Origin: Vicugna vicugna
Lineage: Eukaryota
Reading direction: 5' to 3'
DNA length: 64,000 bases
Assembly: GCA_013265495.1 (NCBI GenBank)
Contig: MU058065.1
Location: 2,333,003-2,397,002 of the forward strand
The translations under genes were made by a program, and so were the position numbers. A model generated the notes under the pieces. It did no database searches, was not told the DNA's origin, and saw nothing but the letters and a program-made list of their open reading frames with translations. Positions within the stretch are counted from its first letter, which is position 1. Every line of letters begins with the position of its first letter. Of this stretch, positions 12,220 through 24,489 are shown one piece after another.

Positions 12220-14789
12220 GTGAGTAGCCGGACTGTTCCCTCGGAGAAAAACGTCTCTGACGTCTGTGGTGATTTCAAAACGGCAAATTAGAAAGTGCTG
12301 TTCGATTTTCTTGATGGGCCTCTCAGTTGCCTAATGCCTCTGAAAGTCCGTGTTAAACTGAAGAATTCCTTTTCTCTTGCAAAGGAGGCTGGGCTGATTG
12401 GCTTAACTGAAGCTGACTTGAGGAAAACTGGGGGAGAAAAAAGAAGAAAAACCCCTCATTCCCCTCCCCCCCATTTTCCTTTGTCTTAATTTTGCCACCT
12501 TACGTTAGTGGTGACGTTGTACTTGGTAATAGCTGATAATGACGCTAAAACAGGGCTCTGAACACTCCCCCGCCTTCATAATTGGTCTTTTGTCCAACTT
12601 CTGCACAAACTCTGAATGCTACTGAGAGATCTGGTCCAAGGTAGCAACACATTCTAAATGGAAAATTTTCTCAGTAGTCAAATATATTCTAAAAATAAAC
12701 CCAGAAGATAAAGCTTTTGCATTGAGATGTAGTGACATAAAATTACATTTAAATTCTACCCTTCCTGCAAATCTAAGCAGCATTGCATCCTCCTCTCCCA
12801 CTCCTCTTCTTCACCCTTTCTTGAAAAAAAATGCCCAGGTACCACCCAGGCCCACGCCGGGACTGTCCTGCCACCCCCAGGGGCCGCACGAAAGGCATCT
12901 TAGCTGCTGATTTTCTCGTGGTTTTGGTCCTGAGTGAGGGATTGTCCTCAGTTAAGGTTTCAATATTCAGAGGACCCCCTGGAAGAGAAGGACTCTGGGG
13001 CATGCTTGGTGGTTTGTTTTAACGTTCTCCAAAGAATAGGACTTGTCAGTTGTTCCAGATGGAGGGTTATTCCAGGGCTGTGGGGTTTGTCACAAACACG
13101 GAGCAGCTAGTTTTTCAGCAGATTCCATACAATCAGCTTGAGTCATCTTCTCAGCATGTCCCTTCTTGGCTAGCACTTTCTCATTTGCACGTTTATTCCA
13201 GGGTACACGCAGGGTTTAGATCCTATAAACATTTTCACAAAGAATTATTAGTTGATCAGGATTTTCATTTGTTCTACCTTCCACTGACGGCTTGGGCAGG
13301 CTGGTCAGCTTCTCCGTCTTGATAACCATGCAATGAAAATGAAATACACTTTTTGGAATGCAGGTATAAAGATAACTGTTATAAAAGGAACCATAAAACT
13401 TTACAATATGTAGCGTGTTAAAAGACTATCTGAAACCCTTATCATAATTTATTGTGCCAGGCCGTAGTACTTCCTGTTACCCGTGTCCGGGTGTGTTTGT
13501 GGGTACTCTGATACACGAAGTGGCCGACGTCTTAGTCAATGTGCTTATAGAGCTCTTCTGATAAATTTACTTTGGAATTTTTTTGAAGCCGGGCAGAGGA
13601 AGGTGGGACACCCTGTGCCTCTGAGCCCACCCTTCACCCCCGCCCCCAAAAAAAGACTTCTCTAAGACGGATGACTCCTTCCTTCCAGTGGCCCAGGGAT
13701 AGCGCGGAAAGCTGGGAAAACGGCAGCCTGAGGCGCTGGTCCCAGCCTGCGGAATGCTTGTCTTCTCTGTGGACAGTCTTGCTAAGCTCCTGCAGTTACT
13801 CCTCTCTCCTCTCCATCCCCCCACACTTCATATTTTGGCCACAGCTTCATCTCCTTGAGCCCTTAACTTTGGAGTTCATGCTCTTTAGGATAGAGAGAAG
13901 CCAAGATGGATTTTTGCCTCCTACTTAGTTCAGTTACTCCTCAGCTTATGTTTCCCCCAGATGTCTGGTACCTTTGTCATTGATTTCTCCCCCAGGGCAC
14001 CAGGACCTGGCAGGAGCAGTGCGCGCTTGCTGGCTTTCAGGCCTGGCCACGTGGCTTTGCTCTCTCTCTTGCCATCCTTTACCGCCTTGGCCTAATTGTA
14101 TCCTCCGAAGTAGCTCCCAGAATGCTGTGACTGGAAAGACGAGTAAAAATTAGAAAAAACGGTCACAGCATCTCCGTGGTGGGGGATGACACCCTCATGT
14201 CTGTATGTGCACGTGCACAGCGGGCTGCCTCCAGATGCTGCTTTATTGTCTCCAGCTGGAGTAATGTCTCCTGGTAAAACGGCAGGACCACTGCCAGGAG
14301 AAAACAATGAATGAATTATGAGAAATAACTGCTTGTCTGTTTTAGGGTGACTTTTACTTTAAAATTAAATTCAAAATATGAGAAGAAAAGTGCCATGTTG
14401 GGTTTAAAAACCACCTGCAGATTACCCCGGTGAGGACATTTCCGTGGTCATCCACCAAATGAAACTCTTGCCTGTGGCCTAACAGAGGTGATCAGTAAGC
14501 AAAACCTTAGAATGCTGCTGTATTCACACCAATCATGTTACACAGCGTTCCCTCACGGAACAAAAATAACTCAACATCTGCTTTAGCTGAAGAAAAATGG
14601 AACTGTTAGTTTCTGTATCTCCTATGTGCTTCATGCTTTTTTTTTTTTTTGGTGGTATTATTCTATGAAATCATTACAACACTATACAAGGGATGGTATT
14701 TTCAGCATTTAGTAGACAAGGAAACTGGGGCCAAAGGTTGGAATTCCAGTTCATGCCCATCTGACTCCAAAACTGCTCCTCACCGCAGT

Positions 14790-14932
14790 GTGGGGCAGGC
14801 CCACAAGCTTTTTCTACAAAGGGCCAGACATAAATATTAGACTGTGCTAATAATATACTCACCTCTGCCTTTGCGGTAAGAGAGCAGCCATAGGGAACAC
14901 ATAAATGAAAGAGCCTGGCTGTGTCCCCAAGA
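14790..14932. mobile_element. MER58-like hAT relic
   Basis: ctttttctacaaagggccagacataaatatt...ctctgcc...agcagccatag...taaatgaa...tggctgtgtccccaa. Confidence 0.6.
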
Positions 14933-16626
14933 TCTCTTTGTTTATTAAGCTAGTGTTTTAAGCACATGGTTTTGGACTGCAGTGGTGCCTTTTCAAAAGG
15001 CACCACTGATTTGAAAAATGATTTGTGTTTTGCTTATTTATAAACCTATGCAAATATTCACATTAAAAAAATTGTATTGCTGATCTCACTAGAAGGTCCC
15101 CTTCTAGGAAAAAAGCCAGGACATTTTTAGACACAAAGCAAGAAAACTAGGGAGCCTTTTTTGTTTCTTTTTTAAAAGTGATAATTCTCTAACTTTATAG
15201 GATTACTCAGCACATTGTAATTTTTACACAAAGGAGAGATTTTTACATACTTGTGTAAAGTATGCTATAGGACTGGGCATAAGAAGAATTGAAAAGAAGC
15301 TTAAAGCTAAAGCATTAAGATTTAGTACCAGCTGCAAAGCAAGCAAAGTGATAACAGTGGATCTTTAAAATCATCAAAGAGATTTGATTTGGTGAAGATA
15401 ATTTTATGCATGGTTATTAAAGAGCACTTTGTGTGCAGATACATGTATCTCTGTGGTTATAATTCCTAAACATGATCTTCCTTTATAATTTCAAACATCA
15501 ATGTGATGGATGAGGGTGTACAGACGTGTAGTCAGTTCTAATTGTTTTGTGTACAGACAGTTTTGTTATCTACCGTTGAACTAGGTAGTTCTTTGAATGC
15601 AGCTGAAATAGCCCTTTTCTATAGTCTGATAATGCAGCTAACTATGCTTTTGCCTTTGGGTACAATCTAGTATTGTAGTTTATTTTCTTCCTTTGGTGAA
15701 GACTATCACTGTCGTAGAGAACTTTAAACTATTTTCAAATGGTAACTTCATTTATAAGATTTTTTTCTTCTACTTTTTTGTAAGAAGTTTTATTTCAGAG
15801 TAAACTCAGGTTTTTTTTTCCCTCCTGGCATGCACTTCTTTCCTTGGTCAATTAAATTTCTTAAGGCTGAAGTGAATCCAAACATTTCTTTTTCGAAATA
15901 TTCTATTTTCTAAATCACTTTAATTCTGATTTCTAGCAGAAGGAGATGATTTAGAGTCTCTCCTTTCTGAAGCTCGTTCTCTGGCCCATGCTTTCTGGAA
16001 GAATAGGTAGATCCTGGAGGTGTGTGCAGGAGAAGAGGCAGGGGCCGTCCCAGTCAGATGACACCGCTGTGGGCGAAGAACCACGTCTACCCCACACGAC
16101 GCCGGTTCCCACAAGCTGGGGTCGTATGTGTGTGTCATTGCAAAGCGGAACATTATTTGACCATGGGAAAAAAAACAATTAATCCTGAAGTGTCTTTCCC
16201 AGCTTGCTCACTTGCCGTGGAAAGGGAATTGTGATGCTAGGAACCCCTCTTTCCTCTCATGCCATCTGCTGTTTTACCTGTGATGCAGGAGGGGGCAGGG
16301 CAGGATGACCTACCGAGTTTGGGGAGCACAGCTCCCTCTGTGAGCACCGGTCCTCAGACCTTTCCAGAAGCAGGTAGGAGCTTCCGTCAGATGAAACTAA
16401 TGCTGGCTTGCTTCACTCAAAGTTATCAAAATAATTTGCAAGATTGTTAAAGTTAAAATTTTAAACTAAAATAACAAGAACTTTAATAACATTTTTTAAA
16501 AATTAAATGTTTTTGCCTTCTTTTTCTAAATCTAGGTCGTATAGCTCTCTTTAGTAATGTCCTTTGCACGATGGCTCAGTGACATGTTTAGCTTGGCTTG
16601 TAATGTGGTCTCTGTCTTTCTGGCAG

Positions 16627-16700
16627 CTCCTTGCTCCGCTATGACTTACCATCATGATAGCAGACGGATATTCGTGGGCCAGGATAACGGAGCCGTGATG
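16627..16700 (+). CDS. WDFY1: WDFY1 coding exon 3 (74 nt)
   Basis: ctggcag acceptor; (S)PCSAMTYHHDSRRIFVGQDNGAVM; donor gtaggt; phase matches exon 2. Confidence 0.96.
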
Positions 16701-16876
16701 GTAGGTAGCTTCCGGAATGTATTCTTTACAGTGACCTCCCCTGTTCACTCCTGTTGGACATTTTAAATAAAGTTGTTCATGAGTGCCTGATTGTTCGGTA
16801 TTAGAAAATGTTTAATTCAGTACAGGTTTTAGGCCTGAAAATGGATCAGTTTTAGTTAGGGTCTAATTTTAAACTA

Positions 16877-17349
16877 CAGATCTTCCCCGACTTATAATGG
16901 GATTACCTCCTGATAAACCAACCCAATGTAAGTTGAAAGTGCATTTAACACACCTAACCTACTGAACCTCATAGCTTAGCCTTGCCAGCCTTACGTGTGC
17001 TCAGATCACTTACATTAGCCTGCAGTTGGGCAAAATCACCTAACACAAAGCCTATTCTATAATGAAGTGTTGAATATCTCGTGTAATTGATGGAGCCCTG
17101 CACTGAAAGTGAAGAACAGAATGACCGTGTGGCCCAGGGTGGTTGTAAGTGTGTGGTCGCAGGGCTGAGTGGGAGCCGCGGCTGCCACGTCCCAGTTTCA
17201 CGAGAGAGGACTGTACTGCACATCGCTTGCCTGGGAGAAGATCAGCACTCAAAATTCGAAGTACAGTTTCTGTTGAATGTGTGTCACTTTCCCGCCATCG
17301 TAAAACTGAAGAATTGGAAGATGAGCCATCATAAGTCTGGGGCCGTCTA
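16877..17349. mobile_element. MER47/Tigger5-family Tc1-mariner MITE, copy 1
   Basis: TA-flanked; inverted termini cagatcttccccgacttat / ataagtctggggccgtct; homologous to 52310-52797. Confidence 0.8.
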
Positions 17350-17560
17350 TAGTTCCGTGGGGCTCTCAGTGCTGTCATGATTGCTGGTTTGGTGCTCAGG
17401 CTCGCCCACAAAGCAGTCTTTATACAGGGGACATGAGCCCTGTAGCAGCCACCATCCCTGACCTGGGAAGGAGGAGGGGACGTGTGAGTGAGACAGGAGG
17501 CGGAGGGAGAACAAGGTTAGGGACCAGTCATTCAGCCAACAACTCATAGAACTCTTTGAG

Positions 17561-19212
17561 GCAGTGCTCCTCAAACCATCTCAAACCGTATATGGTGAAG
17601 GAACAGGTATTTAAGTTTTCAGTTTATTATGGATTGGTGTTTTTGTAGATCTAATTGTGTCTTTGTATAATATACATATATTTAACTGAGATGTAATCCA
17701 TATACCATAAAATTCATCATTTTAAAGTATGCAGTTCAGTGGCTTTATAGTATAGTTATAAGATTGTGCAACTATTCATACTCCAATTCCAGGATATTCT
17801 TATCAGCCTCCTTCCCCCGCCCCCCCAGAAAAAGAAATTCCGTATCCATTAGTAGTCACTGCATTCCCGCTTCCTCCAGCTCCCGGCAATCATTAATCTG
17901 CTTTCAGAGTCCAGAGATTTGCCTATTCTAAACATTTTATGTAACTAGAACCATATGTGTGGCCTTTTATATCTGGCTTTTTTCACTTAGCGTACTATTT
18001 TCAAGTTTCATCTGCATTGTAGCTTGAATTGATAATTTATTTCTTTTTGTGGTGGAATAACACTCCATTATAGAGATATTCCACACTTTGTTTATCTGTT
18101 CATTAGTTAATAGATACTTGGGTTGTTCCTACTTTTTGGCTACTATGAATAATGTCACTGTGAACAGTTCCGTAAAAGTTTGTGAGCCTAAGTTTTCGAT
18201 TCTGTTGGGTGTGCATACCTAGGAATGAAATTACTGGGTCACGTGGTAATTCCGTATTTAACTTTTTGCACAACTGCCAGGTGGTTTTTCCAAAGTTGCT
18301 GTACCATTTTACATTCCTACCAGTGATGTTTAAGAGTTCTAATTTTTCTACATCATTACCAACACTTTTTATTTTCTGGTTTTGTCCTGCTTTATTTTTA
18401 TCATGGACATCCTAGTGGGTGTGAAGTGGTATCTCACTGTGATGTTGGTTTGCATTTCCCAAATGACTAGCTCTGTTGAGCATCTTCTCATGTTGGTCAT
18501 TTGTATATCTTCTCTGGAGAAATATCTATTCAAGTTCTTTGACCGTTTTTAATTGTTCTTTTGTATTATTATTGTTGAGTTGCGAGAGACTCGGACTTTC
18601 AGCTTGGAAGAATTCACCGGTGAGACCATCTGGTCCTTTCTGGGCTTTTTGTCCTGGGAGGTTTTTTGAGTGCTGATTTAATCTATTTACTTGTTACAAA
18701 TTTTCTGTTTCTTCTTTGGCCACTGTCTGTTGTTTGTGTCTTTTTTGGGAGTTTGTCTGTTTCATCTAGCTTGTCTTATTGCCATGTAATTGTTCACAGC
18801 AGCCTGTTATGAGCCTTTTTATTTCCATAAGGTTAATAGTAATGTCCCCCTTTTCAATCCTGGATTATAGTAGTTTGAGTCTTTTTATTCTTCATCACTC
18901 TAGCTAAATTTTGGTCAATTTTGTTGATTTTTTTCGAAGAACCAGTTTTCATTTCATTGATTTTCTCGGTTTTTTCTATTCTCTGATAATTTATTTCAAC
19001 TCTGTATTATTTTTTTTCCTTCAATTTTGCTTTGAATTTAGTTTGTTGGATTGGTATTTTGGATATTGTTGAGTGAGAAAATTCACTGGTTTTATCTGCT
19101 TGGATTTCATAACAATATTAAATTGCTGTAAAGTTTTCTGAGCACTCATTCCCTGTTTCTCTACTTCTTTCATCAGGACCCGTGGTCCGTAGACTGCACT
19201 TTGAGTCGCACT
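17561..19212. mobile_element. MER119-like hAT element split by an L1 insertion
   Basis: Left end cagtgctcctcaaa and right end tttgagtcgcactg form inverted termini separated by ~1.4 kb of L1 sequence. Confidence 0.55.
17680..19050 (-). mobile_element. Old L1 (L1M) fragments: 3'UTR, ORF2 C-terminus and an internal ORF2 piece
   Basis: ataccataaaattcatcattttaaagtatgcagttcagtgg...catacctaggaatgaaattactgggtca...gtgaagtggtatctcactgtg are antisense L1 motifs. Confidence 0.8.
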
Positions 19213-19499
19213 GTTTTACAGACCTGGGAATCGAAACAATGAGTAAGATGTAGCTAGTGGGGTTCCATGATGTGGTGAGTGACTACAGCCGTAGAGTGCA
19301 CACAGAGCTATGAGAACACAGACCTGGTGGCCGCAGTGGCCTGGAGAGAGGCAAGGCCGGCCTGTGCATGTGCCAGGTCCCAGACGATGGCTGGGAGGTG
19401 CTGGTGCTGTGGAGAAGTGAGCTGGGTGAGAGGGAAGCCAGAGAGGTCTGTGGCCCTGCCCCTGGTAAACAGGATCGTCAGGAGGGCTGCCCCAAGGAT

Positions 19500-21480
19500 G
19501 TGGCATTCAGCTGAGGCCTGAACGGTGGGCAGGAGGCAGCCGGGCAGAGTCAGAGTAAGTGTTCCAGAAGTGAATGTACCCGTGAGGATTCCAGGTGGGA
19601 AAGTCTCTGTGTCTGAGGACTCGGAGGACGTCATCTTGGCCGGATGGAGCTAAGAGACAGGGCAGGACTGAGGGCGGATGGGACAAGCGGGCTGAGGCCA
19701 TGTCACGGGGGCCGTGCAGGTCTGGGTGAAGTTTTAAGTTTCGTTGTAAATGCTGTGGGAAGGTCTCGTGGGGTTTCCACAGAAGAGTGGCAGGATTTAA
19801 TTCACATGTTTAAAAGATCGCTCTGGCCGCTCGGTGGAGAGTGGGTTGAGGGCCAGGAAGAGTGGAGGTGGGGACATCAGGTGTGTAGCCGTCCAGGTGA
19901 GGGCGTGGCCATGATGATGGACAGAAGCAGATGACTTGAGATACATCTGTGACAGGCTGGGTGTGGGGAGGGGAGGACGAGGAGCGAGTCAGGTGACAGC
20001 CATGTTTCTGGCTTCAATAACTGGGGGAGAGTGGTATCATTTATTGAAAAGAGAAGGGCTTAGGGGTATGTGGGGAGAGGGGGCATTTGGAGGGAAAGAG
20101 GACAACAAGGAACCAGCTGAGATACCAGTGAGGCGTCTGGTGGCGATGTGACGTTGGCATTGGATTTGCAGGCCCGGAGCCCTGCGGGAGCCTGGACTGG
20201 GGAGTCATCTGCACACAGGGCGTCTTTAAGCCCTTGTAAGGATAGCTGTGATCACGTGGGGAGAGAATGAGACAAGACAGGGCCCAGGCCTGAGTCCTGA
20301 ATGGCTCGGATGATAGTGGGGTTAATGGGGAAGCCAGCAGGGGAGAAGGGGAAGTGGAAGTGGTGATCCTTGAGTGTGTATTCCGGGGCCCAGGCTACAC
20401 TGTATGAGCTGAGCTGCCCAAACTTGTAGAGTCAGGCATATGGATCATCTAGGGAACTTACTGAAATAGCCGTTCCCTGGCTCCAGGCCAGACCCGCAGC
20501 TTCAGAATCACCAGGGAGGGGCCTGGGAATCTCTGCTTCAGCAAGTCCTTGCAGTGATCCTTAGGGTCAAGTGCATTAGGGGGTCACTGCACGATGGGGA
20601 GCCCTTAAAGAGCATTAAGCAGGGGGAGGATGGAATGAATGGTCAGGTGTCTGTCCTGTTAGCTTCGTGTGCTGACACGTGGGAGGTCGGCTTGTAGGGG
20701 GCAAGGCTGAAAGTGGTGATGCCACTTAGGAGGCTGATGAGGACCCCAGTGCGAGACTGTGACACACTGGGGTGGTGATGAGGTGATGGCTCAAGGACTG
20801 TCTGGGCAGTAGGACTTGATGTCTAATTAGATGTAGCTGTTTAATAGAGAGCAGTGCTAATGAGGTGGCCTCCCGATTTCTAGCCAGGATGGTGGTGAGT
20901 GGTTAGCTGCTCCCTGAGACAGAAAAGACGCTGAATTTGAGGGGAGAGGTACGCGTCCAACTTTGACAGCTGGGCTCATGGGCCTGAACCTCAGGGGCTT
21001 GGTTTGGGCTGGGGTGGGGAGTCCTCCAGACTTCAGACTCAGTGGAGACGACTGCTCTTACTGGGGACAGAGGTAGCAGGTAGGGTGAGAAGAGCAGAGG
21101 GCCCAGGTCACATTCCCTGGGGAATATCAACATGTAAGAGAAAGTCAGGGGCCTGGGAACCCACAGGGGAGACAGAGAAAGAATGGACAAAGTGAGAGGA
21201 GGCCCAGCCAGGCCTTTCAGGTGAGGCAGAGAGAGGATGAGATCAGGACTGGAGCGCGACCTCGGGGATGGCAGTTAGACAGCAGCTGGCGGTTGCAGGG
21301 AGAGCTTCCCCTGAGGGGTGGCGGTGGTGCCCTGGGGCGCAGTAGATTGAAGGGTGACTGGGGTGAGGAGCCAGAGAGCCCGAGTGGGCGAGCGTGTGCT
21401 GATCTGTACAGAAGGGGGCAGGGAAAGTTGTAGTATTGTTAAGGGAATTTTGTCGTCTTCTGCTTGTTTGTTTTGCTTTT
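19500..21480 (-). mobile_element. Degenerate L2 LINE fragments with a nested MER5-like element (~20410-20590)
   Basis: Purine/G-rich antisense L2 motifs such as atgtttaaaagatcgctctggccgct and gtttctggcttcaataactggg; boundaries approximate. Confidence 0.55.
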
Positions 21481-22754
21481 TAAATTAAAGGAGAAGCCTT
21501 GACTGTGTTTAAGAGCCAAGAAGGAAAGAGCTAGGAGCAAAGACAGGCTCTCTCTGCTTAAGCAGTTCACTCTGCTGTGGGCAGGTGGCGAGGGCTGGGG
21601 GCTGCGGGGTTGGGGCTTGAGGCTGCTGTAAATACATTATTTAGTATTAAATGCCAGCGTTCTCGTGTTTCTCTTTCTGAAGATTTTATAAGACTATTAT
21701 GGTAATGTGCATCTGCATATATAGCAAGAAGCCATGAGTGCAAGTCTCAGACAGCTTCTCAGTGGTGAGAGTGTTCATACACTTACTTCTCTAGGGACCC
21801 TTCTTGTGGCTCCTGGTTCAGGGGTACTCTCTGCAGTTACAGGATGGTGTATAAAAACGCTTATAGCTCTTCAGTGTAAATCCAATTTATCACTAGTTAG
21901 CATTGATCTATTGATTCTTTCCCCCAACATAGATTAGTATATGTGAAATACTCTAATACATTGTTATACTTTGTAAAACCAAGATGGGAAATAAGAAATC
22001 AGTATTCCTTTGTGGTTTTTTTTTTCATTCTAATCAATCAATAATTCATAATGTTTGTGTTATCTAGACTCTTAAGAACTTATGAATTTAGCATTGATTA
22101 GTAGAATTTTTGATTAATGCTTTTTCTTATAGAGTTTTATCTTTTCAGTTTTATGTTGAAGCTCATTTTTTCATTAAGAAGTATGTGCTTTTAATTTTTT
22201 CCTAAAGTGTTACATAGGCTATACAAATTTTGGAAAATACAGGAGTATAAAAAAAGAAAACCACCCAAAATCTCTAAATTTCCTTTTTACTGTGTGTTTC
22301 TATATTAAATATGTATAGTTTTACCCTTCCATTGCTTCAGATACCCAATGTCTTCTTTTCACTGGTGCAGAGAACTATGTTAGTAATGGTTTTGCTGTTT
22401 TGCTTGATATGTATCATCTTGAGGATATGTTAGTGACGCCAAGAGAGCAAAATTAACAGGATGATGCCTCTGCAGTTGGAGAGGAAGGACAGAGCTCTCT
22501 TTTGCAGGGGAAAAGGTGGACAAAAACGCTGTGCTGGTCAGCAACATTTCTTTATTTGTCTGGTTCCAAAAGAAATGGGATGAAATAAAAGGACAGGACC
22601 GATGAAAGAAGCCATTCCCAGTTGTTCTTACGTAGCTCATCTTGAGTCTCAAGGCTCGTAGTAGCCATTTTTGGGTTTTACTTCCTTTTGAAAGTTGAGT
22701 TCTTCTTGTTTTTAAAACCGTAACTGCTTTCTTATTGCATGTGTTTACTTTTAG

Positions 22755-22809
22755 GAATTTCACGTTTCTGAAGATTTTAATAAAATGAACTTTATCAAGA
22801 CCTATCCAG
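22755..22809 (+). CDS. WDFY1: WDFY1 coding exon 4 (55 nt)
   Basis: acttttag acceptor; EFHVSEDFNKMNFIKTYP(A); donor G|gtaatc. Confidence 0.96.
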
Positions 22810-24338
22810 GTAATCATAATACATACATATTCGCTTGCACACACATACGCATATACACACACACACAAAACTGGGACACTGTGTCTTATGATCAAAATTA
22901 GGTTTCCACATTAACTTTTTAAAAGTATTGTTACCTCAGTTATCTGAGAGACTATTGGCTCTTCAGAATTATTTACCATCCTTTTTCCACTTACTAACAT
23001 TTAAAGTTTTCTATACTATTCCATTGGTTGCATGTATGAGTTAATTTAACCATTCTTCTGTTTTTGAAAATGTGTACTGCTTCCTTTTTGGTAACACATA
23101 CTAATGTATACGATAGTGTATGTTATATGTATGTGTGCATATTTATCTGTGAGTGTGGGTTATTTCAGTTATACATGTATATGCATATACATATGTGTGT
23201 GTGTCCTTGATGGTTATTCTGACTCCAGTCCTGTAACCCTGATTACTTCTATTTAAGAAAGATTCCTAAAAGTAGGATAATTGGGTCAAGCTTAAAAACT
23301 TTTTTTAATACTTTATTTCACAAAAGTCTTTCCAGCAATAGTAAATTTTTTACAATTCCATGAGTGGTGATTGCGAGTGCCTGCTCATTAAATCTTACTC
23401 TTTATAAAATTTTTTTGCCAATTTGATAGTCAAAATCGTTCTCAATTTTGAAATTATTTAGGCTTTGTTTAAAATGTTGGCCGTTTGCCATGTTTTATGA
23501 ATTTTGCCCATGTTCCCAGGGGGTTGCAGTGTTTTCTGATTAATTTACAGGACAGAGTCCGTCTATTCCAAAGCAGCCAGTACAGCTGGGAGCAAGGTTA
23601 GAGGTGTCTCTGTCTAGCCTCTGACTTCATTCATCAGACTGGGCATTTATTAAACACCTGCTGCATGCAAGGTCCTGGACCAGATAAGGTAGATAGGTCA
23701 CTGTCCTGGTGTGGCTTATAAATGACCTGGAAATATTCCAGAAGTTAGGTAGTAGAAGCCTTCCTCATTTTCAGCTATTATTTTGGAATACAGAACTTCA
23801 CAAATGCTTTGTCTTATAAATAATAAAAAGTTACACACAAATTATTCTAGGAACAAAATGCTTACATTATTTTTTAATTTCAAAAAATCTCAGCTGCTCT
23901 TTTTACAATGCCAGTGATTTCTGAAGGGTCAAAACACTAAAGATATAAACAAAAAAAAACACCTCTTTTAAGAAAAAACTGCTGCTTTCCTTGTGGAACT
24001 CACTGATAGTTGTGTGTATGTGTTTTTCATCCGTTCTTCGGTGTGTTGTTTGAATCCCTCCAGAGCCTTACTCTTTAATGATTTGCAGCTTTTGATTGTC
24101 TTCCCTGTAGTGGGGCAGAGGGCGGGCCCCGGAGAGCCTGAGGTCGCCGGTTGGGGTAGGAGAGGTTCTCTGAAGCTTTTTCAGAGTGCAGGCATTTTCG
24201 GGGCAGGACTGTTGAGACAGTGAGTCTGCAAGTCGACCAGGTGGAGAAGGGCAGCCTCAGTTCTCCCTCACGGAGGCTGGGTCCTGAAGGTCACATTTCT
24301 TCCTGAAGGGCGCAGACTTCCCCTTTCTGTTCCCGCAG

Positions 24339-24489
24339 CGCATCAGAACCGGGTGTCCGCGATCATCTTCAGCCTGGCCTCTGAGTGGGTGATCAGCACC
24401 GGCCACGACAAGTGCATCAGCTGGATGTGCACCCGCAGCGGGAACATGCTGGGCAGGCACTTCTTCTCTTCCTGGGCATCGTGTTTACA
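24339..24489 (+). CDS. WDFY1: WDFY1 coding exon 5 (151 nt)
   Basis: ttcccgcag acceptor; (A)HQNRVSAIIFSLASEWVISTGHDKCISWMCTRSGNMLGRHFFSSWASCL(Q); donor CA|gtatccttc (U12-type). Confidence 0.96.
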
